Source: Macrostomum lignano | Taxonomy: Eukaryota | Length of the DNA: 64,000 nucleotides | Direction of reading: 5' to 3' | NCBI GenBank assembly: GCA_002269645.1 | Contig: NIVC01000696.1 | Coordinates: 372,001 to 436,000 of the forward strand | In this document: positions 48,495 to 61,566 of the stretch, piece by piece | How positions within the stretch are numbered: the first letter of the stretch is position 1 | Layout: each line of letters opens with the position of its first letter | Position numbers and translations under genes: made by a program | The notes under the pieces: generated by a model | Seen by the model: only the letters and a program-made list of their open reading frames with translations | What the model was told of the DNA's origin: nothing | Databases searched by the model: none

Positions 48495-51400
48495 CTACTT
48501 GTACTTGTTGATGCGGCGCAGCTGAACGTAGCAGAGGCCCAGAAAGAAGAAAGTAATGAGAAGCATGCCCAGCACATTGCTCCACAGATCCCACCCTGTT
48601 GAGTAGGCGATTTTCTGATCACTCAAGACCATGTAGCCATCTTTGCTGCAATCGAAAATTAGATATTGATGCGTGAACAGCTGGACTTTTCTAATTAAAA
48701 AACATATTAGCTCAATATGACAATTACTATTCTACTTTAATTTATAGATAAAATCTTAAAAGCACTACTTAAACACTTAAGTAGAATAGCGCTGCTCTCT
48801 GCAATCTAATGTAGCTGATCACGGGTTATCAACAGTATTTTTATAACTTTGACACGATAAACTCATTCGCTACTCTAAATGCAAGAAATGAGAAGAAACT
48901 GTCAGCTGTGGGATCAAAATTCAGAAAGTGACTTTCGTCCATTCATTTTTTTCCAACAGAAAAATCTGCTTCCTCCAAATTTTAAACGATTTGAGAGCGC
49001 ACTACCCTGGCTCCAACCAAGGACTACTAAAGTAGAAGGACGCAACACTCAAATCTATATGGAAAATGGTTTGAAGGCCACTTTTCGACGAAAAATACAC
49101 TACGGAGATAGGAAGTTTTTATTTTTCAGCACAAAAATTGTTATTATTTTTTATAGGAAGAACACCCAATGTTCATCTTTTGATATGTTGTGCCCTTCTT
49201 ATAGCTCTATTGATATTCATACAGCTCTTCGTTAAAAAACTAGGCTTCTATGTTAATTTATTATTCTACGTACAATTGCACATTCCTAATGCCTAAAAAG
49301 CATTAAAATGGCACGGCTCAGCGCATTGGTTTTACTAATCTATTTTGTTATTCTTATCTGACTGTGTAACAATATGTGCAACAGAAGAGGGTAAAATAGA
49401 TTCATAAAACCAGAGTCAACCTGTGCCATGCATTTTTATGATTTTTTAGGTACAGGAAATGCTCGTAGAATAAAGAATTAACATAGAATCCTAATTTCCT
49501 AAACAAAAAGCTTTATGAATATCAATAGAGCTACCATGTATAAGAAGGGCACAACATACCAAAAGATGAACATTGGGTCTGCCTCCTATCAAAAGAAATA
49601 ACAATTTTTGTGCTGAAAAAATGAGAACTTCCTATCACCGTAGTGTATTTTACGGCGAAAAGGGCCTTCAAAACTTTTTCATGAAACGTGAGTGTCGCGT
49701 CCTGTAGCTGTACTTGGCTCCAACACACAGTGCAAATGATATGGAACTTGTCCAGCTCACCAGGTTCTGGTCACATTCGCTACGTCGGTTGTTGGGCAGA
49801 ACTCCATGCCAGCGAACTCATTGACGGATAGCGCAGAGAAAGCGTAGTTGAACAAGGAAAGGTACTTGCACCAGGATAACCAGTCGCCCATGGAACCAAT
49901 GTTCATGAGGAAGCCGCCAAAGATCATCATAAACACGTATATGATGGAGATGAAGATGTTGGCGATGCCGAACACGGACACGGAGGCCGATATGAAAAAG
50001 GCGACACCGCAGGCACCGCAAGTCGCGAGTACGAGGTTCAGCTCATAGAAGAAGAATGCCCCGGCAGTCAGCTTGAGCTTGGCCATGAAGTACACAATAG
50101 GCATGAATAGCAGCACAGGAAGGGTCTTGATTGGCAGCATGTCGCAGAATATTTTCGCCAGGAAATACACGGAGATTCGGTAGAAACCGGATGAGCTCTC
50201 GTGAATGAATATAACTCTTTCCTTAATAAACACCTCCACTGCGCCCAGGTTGACGAAGACCATTTGCAGGAGAAGAAAGAAGAAAAGACCCTGGCGGTTC
50301 TGAATGCCGGACTCCAGCGAGGTGTCAAGGCTGAAGAACACGGTGCCGAGGCTGATTCCAAAGAATAGGTAAACCACGAGCTGGATGATGGAGCTTTGAG
50401 GATTGCGGAACAGATTCAGGCCGGTGCGCCACGACACCCAGATGATCTACAAATAGTTGAGATGATTCAGTATCCGGATTGATAAGAACGGCGTTTGTCA
50501 TTCCGAACCACCATGCAGGTCGTTAAGATTCTAAATGGACTTACATACAATAATGCATTAAATTTGGTTTGAGCCCTCATTTTCAACTCTAAGAAATATC
50601 TCATAGAAAACTATTCAGAACCCGAAGTGTTGTGCCGTGGTCACACCTGGTTACAGACGCTGGTCGGATACTCCACTCGAGGGACCTTTTTGACCTTGAC
50701 ATCAGTAGAAACGCACTCTCTGTTCAGTGAGCGCTGGTAAATGTCGTCCACCTGCTGCTCCAGTCTGTCGGAAAGGCCCGATTCGCGCCAGGCTTCAATG
50801 AGGCGATTGCTGATGGCCTCGCTCTGAGACTTCAGCACGTCAGTGTCCAATATGCTGTCGCGGTCGGCCACTGAGATTTTAAACAAATGAGAAAATAAAG
50901 CTTTTTGAATTCAAATACAACGCGATAAGTCTCTATAAGTCCTCCTCCTAATTCAAGTGGATTTCAGTTGGATGAAAGTTCAAGAATTGAAGCGACATAG
51001 ATTTGACATCACTTTGGGCCTCTATGCCGTAAATAGCATAGCATAAACAGAATTCTGATCCACTTTTCATTGCAAATTGCAGTGTATTATATTCTGTAAT
51101 TGAATCCAGTCTAGCAAAACAAGCCTCAATTTTTTAAAATAACAGACAGACTACAGAAGTACAAAGAGAGGCTTACGTATTTCCAGATCACCTCGGCTGT
51201 CTTGTCTTGAGACTATTTCGCCGTGAACCATGTCCATGAAGAAGTCTGGTGGGCTGTTGTGTGCTTCGCAATGAAAGCCTAAATAGTAATGAAACAATAT
51301 GATTTTAAGGTTGAAAACGGTCTATCATTAGGCCTGAGCGCGAGCTCAGTTTTTTTAGTGCTTCAGTAACAAATTTTCAGTCACGACTGCCGCTGTAAGT

Positions 51401-54400
51401 CCTGTGTGTAGAAAAAAATATTGAAAAAAGCAAAGTCAAGCTGCTCACCGATGCGGGCAAAGTAATCCAGTGGATTGTCACCAGCATTGCCGTGGTAGAC
51501 CACGCAGCCCGCAACCACCAGCGTGAGGTTGTCGAATAGCCGGTAGATGGAGTATTTCGGTTGGTGAATGGAGAAAATGATTGTTCGACCGGAGTTGGCC
51601 AGCATCTTCAGCGTGCGAATGACAGAGCCGGCCGTGAAGGCGTCCAATCCTGTGGTCGGCTCGTCCAGGAACAGCACTGGCGGGTCTGTGATCAGCTCCA
51701 TGCCGATGTTGGTGCGCTTGCGTTCTCCGCCAGACACACCGCGAATTAACTCAGTGCCGATTTTGGAGTCCGCAACCTTTCAAGGTCATTTTAAAGGGCC
51801 ACCTTAATCACCATGTCCCACCAATGCCATTAACTACATTGTTAGTAAATGAAAGATATGAAAGTTACTTTCAATGCAACAGCAACAATACGAGTGGATT
51901 ATTTCCTAAATCTCATATTAACCATTGCAATATTCAAATGCAACATATATAATTGCGTAGTGGCTTAATGTTTTTATACAGCTCAGAAGTACACTGAGCC
52001 TTGGGTGAACACAAAAGTAAACCCTTAAGCGGGTGCATATCTGTGGTATGATTAAATAAGTAGGCCAACGAAACAAACCTTGCTCAGTCCCAGCTCCTGG
52101 ATGACATTATCAACCTTTTCCTTGCGCACATGAGCCGAAGTGTTCCCCGGCAGTCGGAGAGCGGCTGAGAAACTGAGGTTCTCGCGCACAGTGAGAGTGC
52201 CCATCACAATGTCATCTTGAACGACGTATCCAGACATGCACTTAAAATTATCCGGCTGCTCTGCCCCGTCAACGAGCACCTCTCCGCGCAGAAACTGCGG
52301 GTCCTTGCGACCTGCCAGCACATCCAGCAGGCTGCTCTTGCCACTGCCAGTAGGGCCCATAATAGCGTTGAGCCCTGGGTGCATTATGCCACTGAAAGTT
52401 TTACAAATCATCAACTAGTCTAATTGTAGTTCATTTTGCTCAACTTGAGAAAATCGATATTTTCATTTCAGGGAGTTTTGAAAAGTACATAGGACTTGGC
52501 TTACCTAATGCCATTTAGTACAACTTTTTTCTCAGCTTTACTCCACGGAAAGCGTTTAACCATGACCTCGTATCTGATGTTTCTGAAAGTAATCACAGAG
52601 CCACTTCTAGTGCTAGAAGTCCTGTGGCGTCCCGTAGACTTGGTGTCCACTTCTGCTGCAAAAGAATTGCCGCCACCATTGGCGCCTCCGCCGTATTGCA
52701 TCGGTCTGTATCGAGAAGAATGCTTTGAGACCACCGGCTGCGGGTTGCTAAGGTCGCCATTGGATGCAGAAATATCGCGACTGTAGCAGGCATCGCTCTG
52801 TTTTTCTTGGCGCAGGTGGGAAGGCGGCGCATCAAGCTCCAGCACCACAGCACCGAAGCCATCGTTTCCTGAATCGGACTTCTTGTATGAGACAGCGGCA
52901 GTTCCCGTGCCACCTCCGCCGTTTGTCGGATGCTGGCTTGTTGTGGGTCGTTGGAGGTTTCTGTTAGAGCTTGCATCAGTGCTGGCAGCAGCTGCTGCAG
53001 CCTCCATGGCTTTGACATCCCTTAGTGAGCCCTGACTGGCGGAAAGTAGCGGCTGATCCTTGACACCCTGTCGTTGCCGCACTGGCATGAGCTGCTCCTT
53101 GAAAAAGTGACTGGCCTAAGAAAAAAGCGATGTCATTACTTGTAAATTAAATCCTTTTTGTATGCAGCCAGCAGCCATGTAAATTTGAATACGTATGAAT
53201 GTGTATGCGAGCTATGTGCCGATTCACAATGTCTTCCATTTCTTTTTTAATATTAAGGATTGAACAGCTGATGGACTGCACTGTTTATGACGCATATGGC
53301 ATAATATCCCTAGTGTTCTGCAAGACAATTGTTTTTTATGAGATGTTTAACATTTTAATCTGCTCCCTGACACACTGCGAAGCCGACTGCAGACAGCCGG
53401 ACACTAAAATAATACAAGCACTCACAACCTGGTCTACACGGCTTACAGCCGCAGCACGAATTGTTCGTGGTGACGGTGGTGACGCAGAACGCCTGGGCCG
53501 TTGTTGCTGCTGCGATTTGTCGTAGTACACGTGTCCCCAATCTGGCGGCGAGGACTGGCGTCGAGGCGATCTCTCCATCGAATTGTACTTGTGTGATGAC
53601 GAAGCCATGGATCCACTGTCTAGCTATGAGGCTCTATTTGTCCTTCTCTCTCCCCTTGTAAGCACCCTAGTCTTTTTCTTCTCAGGGTCGAGTTGATTGA
53701 AGTTTTCGGTGCGGTGTGGATGTTGGGGTAAGGGCACAAACTAAAGTCGGGCCTCAAATTCTCATCTCTCTTTCTGGTCTTCAACAGTTAAAGCGCCATA
53801 TAAAAAGCTGTTATGTGTGCGCACAAGACATCCATGCCTTCCCGTCCTTTCTTACTCTGCTCGTGCAAAAACCGAAATTTGTAGCGAAAAAGCGACTATT
53901 ATGCTTGAATCGAAGAAGGTTTTTGGCCCTTAAAAGATGTTGAGCTTTTTGTCTACGCCGTTCACTATTTTCATCTCGCTTCTGTGCTCTCATGAAGTGG
54001 AGGTTCGAAAATGCACATAACAATGAATAGAGAGCGCTTCGAATAATTGCAAATGTGCGCTGTCAGGTGCTCGAGCCAAGGGTACGCAATTATAGAGCAA
54101 ATAGAAGTTGAGTGACACTGCACAATGAGTTGAATCTGCACCCATTCCCCAGCAAGCTCAGTTTTTATGCAAAGGTAATACTCACTTCTGTAAACTTAGC
54201 CACCACCTCCTGCTGTCCTGTGTTCGCGTTGCCGCTTCGCCGGTGGCTGCTTCCCCTGCTACCGCCGATGCCGCTGCTGCTGGGCTCAGCGACTCCATTC
54301 GTTGCCACTGAGACAGCAGCACCTCCGTTGCTTTCACTTCCGCCAACGCCCCCACTGATGAGTCCGCTGTCCGGTGGTCCGCCTGGCGGTGACATCTCAG

Positions 54401-54452
54401 CACCGCTCATCGCATGGTAGCCCTTCATCGGGCTGCGGCCGCGGGTTATCAT
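48495..54452 (-). CDS. abcg2: ABCG2/White-family half transporter; exons (54452-54186?), 53097-52505, 52391-52079, 51776-51449, 51278-51177, 50870-50647, 50446-49761, 48645-48495
   Basis: Walker A GPTGSGKSSLL, YVVQDD, signature VSGGERKR, Walker B LFLDEPTTGLD, IHQP and a TMD (IQNRQG, FIKERVIFIHE). All internal junctions are phase-compatible. First exon is tentative. Confidence 0.9.
49020..49715. mobile_element. Foldback/MITE-like element with ~200-bp imperfect inverted arms in the last ABCG intron
   Basis: 49065-49222 (tttgaaggcc...aatacactacgg...cccaatgttcatcttttg...gctctattgatattcat) is the reverse complement of 49516-49675; the match extends to aggacgc(a/g)acactca. Confidence 0.75.
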
Positions 54453-54939
54453 TTCCCTATGAGGTGGAGGAGGATGAATAAACAACTTTTACTTTTACTC
54501 TTCATATAATGGAATAGTACCTGATCATAAAAATATTCAATATTTTAATATTTTCCAATGAGTCCTGTAGTGGCATAAAATGTAAACACGAAGATCTTAT
54601 AGCCTCTAAAATTTAAGAGGCTTATCAGTGCGGTTGACGACAGACGGTAGATGATAAATGGGATTTCGATTGATCCTACACACCTTTTGCCGATCCAATT
54701 ATATCAGATCCGACAGAGACACCGCCTAAATTAGCTGTTTCCTAGGGTTTTTTGTTGAATTAAGATGACCTCGCCTTGAATAAATGCTGGAATGCGATCG
54801 GTGACTGCTCTAGTAGTACACGAATGGAATGAACTGCAATTCCATGACCGCTTTATTCTACTTGCAGTAGCTGAAGCAGTCATGCACTCTGTGCACTTTG
54901 TCATGCACTCACTGCTTATAATCACCGAAAGGATATACG

Positions 54940-55822
54940 CAGTGTTGGGCACCAGTCCGTTAATAAGCGTTAATCCGTTAATAAGCGTTAATAAGCGTTA
55001 AGATTTTTCATTAACGTTAACGGACTGTCGTTAAGATTTTTTTGAACTAACGGATTAACGAATTTGCGTTAAAAATTTTGTAAATTAACGATAAATTTAT
55101 CGTTAACGGTAGTGTCTATGTTAATGACCAAAGACGCAAAGAAGGAACGAAAAATAGAAGTCTTACAAGAAGTTTAAACATTACGAACGTATTTGAGCTT
55201 ACCTATATGCCTAAATATAATCTCTTTATTTATGACGATGATCATACAGACGTACATGTAATTAACAACTTCTTACAAATAAACTTTAAAATAATGAATT
55301 AAAATAGTGTGAAACTTTATTTCTTGCGCGTGAGCATCGATCGCTTTGATTCACTTCTGTCCCAATCTTTCGCAACTTTCTGCTGCGCCTGCTAATGGTA
55401 CTGAAACAACCTTCCTATGCGTATTTAATTATGAATTTCTCGTTATTAGCTTTTAAGTTTCAAATAAAATAAGTTACTTTTTTACCATATGCTTTACTTT
55501 TAGTAGTATTATGCATGCAAGTTTTTAAAATGAATTTTTATTACTTTTTTAGCTTTCAAATCGCTTAGATGACCTCTGTGTTTCGCTAAAAAGATGGAAT
55601 AGCAAAGACGTGCATTACGAAGTCTGTTTTTGGAAAAAAACGTGCAAGATTTCCGTATTTTCCGTGTTAACTTTAACGGATTAACGCTTATTAACGATTA
55701 TCAGTTAACTTTCAGTTAACTTAACGAAATTAGGAGTTAAAAAGTTAAGATTTTTTTGTTTTAACGCTAACGCTTTTGCTATTAACGGAAGTTAAGATTT
55801 TCATTAACGGTGCCCAACACTG
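54940..55822. mobile_element. Non-autonomous hAT DNA transposon (883 bp)
   Basis: TIR cagtgttgggcacc / ggtgcccaacactg; exact 8-bp TSD gatatacg (54932-54939 and 55823-55830); dense subterminal cgttaa/ttaacg motifs. Confidence 0.92.
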
Positions 55823-56649
55823 GATATACGAGTATTGGTCACAAAATACTTTGGGATTATAGAACTTCAATAATATTTGCAATAGATTTGATTTCAGATA
55901 AATTCTCGAACAACGTCTTTTCGGCCTGGGTTTGGCTTGGCTTGGCCAAATTTGGCATCCATGACTTTCAAGCTTCTGAACACCGTCGGACCGCCAGATA
56001 AGATGGCGCCGCATCATATTTTCTGTAAAATATGACTCTCACTTTTTCCGATCCGTATTTTGGTTCAGTCTGTATAGATGCACCTCTAAAAGTGCAAATG
56101 CAAATTGGCCCAGCCAATCATTGTTAGTAGTGGCCTGGGAGCCCTGTTTTCCTGGTGTGGGTGCACAGTGCCTGTGCATGGCTTTGTGCCCGTGATTGCA
56201 TCGAGCAGGCGTACTCGCTTCACCCGATGCGCAAGATAAGAATTAGCAATCGCTCAAAGCAATATCTCAGGTACGAGCGTATTAGCATTGATTCTTGGCT
56301 TGGGAATGGATCATGTGGACATTCGTCTCCTAGACTACGTTTAACCTTAATATCACGTGGTTTTGCGCTTTCGTGAGCATTTCCTCATTGCGTGGGTGGG
56401 TCCGCCGTCCAATAATCGTCTACTCGTCCACAACCTTGATTTTAGTGATCAGCTCTACCGTCCTCCAAAGCAACGATGGAGCCCCGAAGCGGCTCCATTT
56501 GAGCATTAAAGCCAGTTGAATGGTGGAAGAGGCCGTGGCGGCTGCTTAACTACAGGGCGCTATATGATATAATTTCTGGCTCGGTCGTGTAGTCCAGTAC
56601 GCCATCAATGCTCCTACGAACAATTAGCTCTACAGACGATACTCTTGTT

Positions 56650-58100
56650 GATAATAATAGGCTTGACAACGTCGATGATCTCGCCCTGCTGTCCTGGATG
56701 TCTGAGGGCGCCTAGTGATAGCTGGACAGGCCCTGCGCCGAGTCGTTCTGCCCGCAGCAGAAATAGCTTATTGTTCTTCTTTGCCAGCTCGCAGGTTAGC
56801 GCTAGCGCAACGGCCCTAACATTCTTGGGGCCATCTTTTCGAGGAGTCAGTCAGTCAATCTTGTCTGAAGAGGGGTGTCGTTGCCCTCAGACAGTGACGG
56901 AGGACACATACAAGACAGTATCCTGAGCATCACAGTTCAGAGGTGCCATGACAGGTGGAGCAGCAGAGAGCCAAAGTAGCGGGTTTTGTTGCGGCTGGCG
57001 GCTCTGGCTGAGACCAGGCTGACGTGCATGCCTTCCTGGCACCTTGGCGGCGTCGGCGTTCGTAGCATCGTCGTCACTTTCAATGCCAGCGTGGCCAAGG
57101 ACGCGAACAAACAGGACGGCGGTGCTGTCTTGAAATCTTGAAATCAGACGCGTCAGAGGTTTTGCGCTGCGGGCCTTGCTTAAGGGCGGTAAGGGCGCTA
57201 AGGCTTTCCGTCCGAGAGGACCACAAGACTGGCGGGTCTGGAAGAAGTGTCGAGCTGTCAGGACTGCAGGGCAGCGCCTGGAAACTCCCACAGAGGAGGC
57301 CGGCGGGATGACGGATGATGTAAGTTTGGCCGTTAAGACTGATGACTAAGGCGCTGCCGCCTTTGCCCGTGCCGTCGTTGGCAGAGCTCTCGGTCCAGGC
57401 GATGGCCTTTCACAGTTTGGTTCAAGGCGATGCCGTTCGCCGCTGCAGTAGTGGCTCTGAGGTCAGACGGAGCATTGTGGGGCGCACTGAAGACGAAATT
57501 GATGTACTATCCGCTGTAGTCCAGCCTCAGAACGGGTCACAGGGTGGTCTCCGGGATCAGGTGGTGAAGATACAGGCCCACTGACATTGCGGCGGGCCGT
57601 GGCGGCCGAGAGGCAGCTAAGCCTATCGATTTGCTCACAGAGGTTAACGGAACACTCGAGTGTGATATTTCCAACAGGTGGCAGGTTAGCCACGCACAGC
57701 GATTGGTAGCTTGGGATTAGTGCTGCAGCAACCCGTGATAAGGTGGCGATGTAGGCCATGAGCAGGACGTGGGAGTCAGCGCCGGTCCTGCAGTGGGCGA
57801 GGGTGGAGAAAGCTCTGCGGCGCTGTGCCATGCCGCGTCTGACCTTGGTGTCGTGCTTGCTCCAGCAGAGTTGGCTGTCAAAGGTAGCGTCGAGGAGCCG
57901 TGGATTGGAGTTGGAACCTAATTGCTGTTTGTCTCGGATAGGCAGGGGATAAACTCATTTATCGTGTTTAACATAGCTGAGGAGAGCTTTCCGTTTAGAG
58001 CATCACACTCGGTGACCGTGTCGATGACCGTCCGGAGGATGTTGGGCGCACTCGGAAAGTCTTCAAAGTCTGTTTTTTGAGGATGGCCTAAAGCAGGGCT
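56650..58100 (-). mobile_element. Decayed LINE (I/Nimb/Ingi-like) RT C-terminus plus RNase H
   Basis: NPRLLDATFDSQLCWSKH ~ NPKLLGVTFDxxLxFxxH; LAHCRTGADSHVLLMAY; SEAGL; WTESSANDG...GGS ~ WTDGS; VLGHAGI ~ IPGHAGI. Multiple stops and frameshifts. Confidence 0.7.
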
Positions 58101-59119
58101 TCTCTACATCATCGACCTGCCCCTCAAATCAGCTCAGCCGTGCCTTTTTTGCCCAGTCCGGTGCTTTTACTACAGATCTGGTTTTGCTGTAGTTTTTGGA
58201 TTTAATAAATAAGAATATACATTGTTGATAAATTTATTGTTAAATGCCACTATAACTCACATTTTTCGTTTGCTTTTAGTCCTTGATGTTTCTTGCTTTA
58301 CACGCTAGTCGCTCCAATAATGGAATGAGTAATCAAAAGGAGGTGCAAAACTGGAGCGTCTTTTGGGCTGGGCTGAGAGCTTAGTAGAGCCAAGCTGCTG
58401 AATCTGTGGATGGGTGAGTTGCTTTGAAAGCACAATCGCACTATTTATAGCCTCCGAGGTTGCTGAGAAGAGAGTCGAGACGCTCAGATCAGCCAATTTT
58501 CTCTCAAACCCTTCTGCTGCAAATTTGGCGAGCAAAATGCGGCTCAGTGCTCATGCAGAGACAAGGTTTGAAATTGAATGGATGGAAGCAAGACCGAGTC
58601 TGAAAAAAAGATCGAGCGATTTAATTACTCAGCTCAACATAGCAACAACAGCTGTATACATGCGCGAGCTTTATCGTTCTGCGTCTCTCTTTCTCCCCCC
58701 TCCCCGAGGTGCTTCATTGCTTGGCTCGAGGCATGCACACAGCTGAATTGTTGAGTAAAGAGAGGCCAACAGAACAGAAAGGTAGGTGATTTAGTTCAGT
58801 TGTAGGCAAAAACAGAGCTAAAGAAATATAGTCTGAGTAGAAAACCAAGATAACAGCATGGTCTAGTTGCACCTGACATTCAAAGTGCATTGACAAACCA
58901 TCTCTCACACTCTTCATTATAACGAGTGGTTCTTCACTGAATAACTAGGTTACATGCTTCGAAATTCGAATATCGTTTCAAACAATATAGAAATCTGTTG
59001 ATAGTATTGCTACGAGCGTTAACACTTAGTGATTTCTTTACACAAAATCTAGCCACTTCAACAAAAAATCTAATAAGCCAACTAGTAGACAACCTGATCG
59101 GGGTGAATTAACGAAAGGG

Positions 59120-59497
59120 ATGTCAACTTAAGGCTCTAGAATGGAGCCCGAAGTTCAGCTCCGGACCAAACCGACTGGAATCGATAACTGGTCGGACCAG
59201 GTGACTAGAATCGCCGAGACATCCCATCCGGGTCCCTTCCTTGGGGTCCCAGGGGATAAGGGGATAAAATGGGGATCTCATGTCAACTTAAGTCTCTAGA
59301 ATGGAGCCCAAAGCACGGCTCCAGACCAAACCGACTGGAATCGATAACTGGTCGGACCAGATGATTAGAATCGCCGAGACATCCTATCCGGGTCCCTTCC
59401 TTGCGGTCCCAGGGGATAAAAGGGATAAAATGGGGATCTCATGTCAAAGGCTCTAGAATGGAGCAAGCAAGGCTTCAGACCAAACCGACTGGAATCA
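59120..59497. repeat. ~160-bp tandem duplication, ~2.4 copies
   Basis: atgtcaa...ctctagaatggagc...gaccaaaccgactggaatc starts at 59120, 59280 and 59441. Confidence 0.9.
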
Positions 59498-60109
59498 GCA
59501 GATTAGACGTTGTTATCGAGAACTCGATTCCAAAGTACAACCGGGTGCGTCCAGGTTTTGAATCATTTAAACAGCTGCCACTGTCATGGACAGGGCTATC
59601 GTTGTTCGAATTCGGTCAGAATTTCATGCGCTGAGTGTTCTTGTCCAACGAACTGGACGAAATTGAACAGCTGCGCTTCAACTGTGATCTGACGCGTGTC
59701 CCCTCTGCTAACACAAGGGCATGGATTGCCGTCAACCCGCTGGATCCAAAAGCTCGGGGTTCCCCCGAATTCACACAGAGAATTCGACAGAGGTTTCGGT
59801 GGGTCCGTATCAACTAAATCAAGCCGATGATTACATTCAAAACATTCGTGTCAGAGGTTCTCGGTAGCTACGAAGGTGACTCCTGGAGAGACTTTGAGTC
59901 GCTCACATCCGAACTTCCGAGCCACCTGAAGTGTTGAAAGTTTCGGCAAGAGACGCAGCCAGAAATCTGAAGCAACAGATTCGGTCGGTGGCATCCGTCT
60001 TGGATTTTTCTAGCTGTCGTTTTCTCGCGCCATAATTCGAAATCCTACCGCGTGATTCTTAGAGTGTGCGACAGCAGCAGACAATCGCTGTGGTTTTAAA
60101 GATCCAGGA

Positions 60110-60760
60110 TTGCAACTTCTTCATGGCTACTATTCGTCTGCAAAAGCTGGAAATACGACTGCAGGCTGCGATTGTCATTTAATGGCAGTGCTCAAACTCC
60201 TGGGCTGCTACTACGCTTACCACCAAGATAGCTATCGAAGGTCTGGTGCTAGCCATCGCTTTGTTGATTCCGCTCTACCACGCAGCCTTGTTGCCAGACT
60301 TTATGCCAGAGAAAATGCTTTACCACAGCAGCGAAAGCCTACTGAGCAACAGCCTAGCGGCCAGCAAGAGGAGTTTCAGTCAGCCAGCAGCAGCTCACGA
60401 TCCAAGCCTCAGTCTTCAAGAGTCTTTGGTCTTCAAAACCATGGTCAGCAGTGCTACGCAACTGTTGTTCCACAACTGTTTCACTGCATCAGCAGCAAAG
60501 TCCAGCTCTTTCAGCCGGTCAGAGGTGAGGCAGTGAACACCGAAATGACCAACCTGATAACGCCTGTGGCGACTGGACCAGCAAGCGTAGATCAACTTGT
60601 TGAAGCTATCCGAAGCCGATATCCGCAGCAGTTTGCGCCAAGACAGCAACACTGCATGAACGAGCTGCTACTGCTACAGCACACAAAACCCAACGCGTGT
60701 TTCAATACAATATGTTGTGACCGTTCAAGCAGTTCAACTTCTTTATGGACATTCAAATAG
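60110..60760 (+). pseudogene. Decayed ubiquitin-specific protease (USP/C19)-like fragment
   Basis: VFGLQNHGQQCY resembles the Cys box GLxNxGNTCY, and QFAPRQQHCMNELL resembles FxxxxQQDAxEFL. No intact His box. Confidence 0.45.
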
Positions 60761-61566
60761 CTAATTTGTGGTTGTTATTGTCCAAAAATTTATCTCAACT
60801 TGCACGAGGGGGCATATATTATAATTACGAGGCGCAGTGTCAGTGCCCATGGTGGCGATAACACCTTGTAGATCTTCGGCGTGTAAGTACATGTAAGCTC
60901 TTTGATAGCGAGGGTTGTGTCAGCCTGTTGTCCATATCCCGATCTCAGCATATTGCCACTTGCTGTGCGCTCGACTCTCTCAGAATGGTGATGCAGTCCT
61001 TTACGGTTTGATAAAAATAAAATGTGATCAAACAGTTTTTGGTACGAGCTAAAAGTGTTCCAATTATGGTTCACAGTCTGTGCCACTACAACTGCGCCAT
61101 GGTTCTAGGCTCTGCCTTTGCCAGATCGATACTTCAGTCTTCAGCCTGTAACATGCAGTTTCTGCAACACTTAATTGTTTTGTGAACAGATGCATGTGTT
61201 GGTCAAGGTTGAGGTATTCAGAATGTGCTGCAGGATGTCTGACAGATTAAAAATGTCATACGCATGTCGGGGGCGCTTTTATGGCAGAGTTGGTCGTTTG
61301 TGATCACGCGCGCCAGTTTGTGACATTGACATGACAGCATTTGATTGTTAATGCATGTTGAGCCGCTTTGATCCGAGTGGGTCTCTGCACTGACAGGAAT
61401 AGATGAGCTGGTTGATGATCGTACCATCCAGCTCTTATGTACCGATGTGTCGAAATGTTCATCCAAGGCTCACAGCTCGCACAGATGGAATTGGAGTCGG
61501 TTGATCGAAGTCGACGCTACGAGCTACATGTATAGTGTATTGCGTGCATTTTTATCAATATTATTA

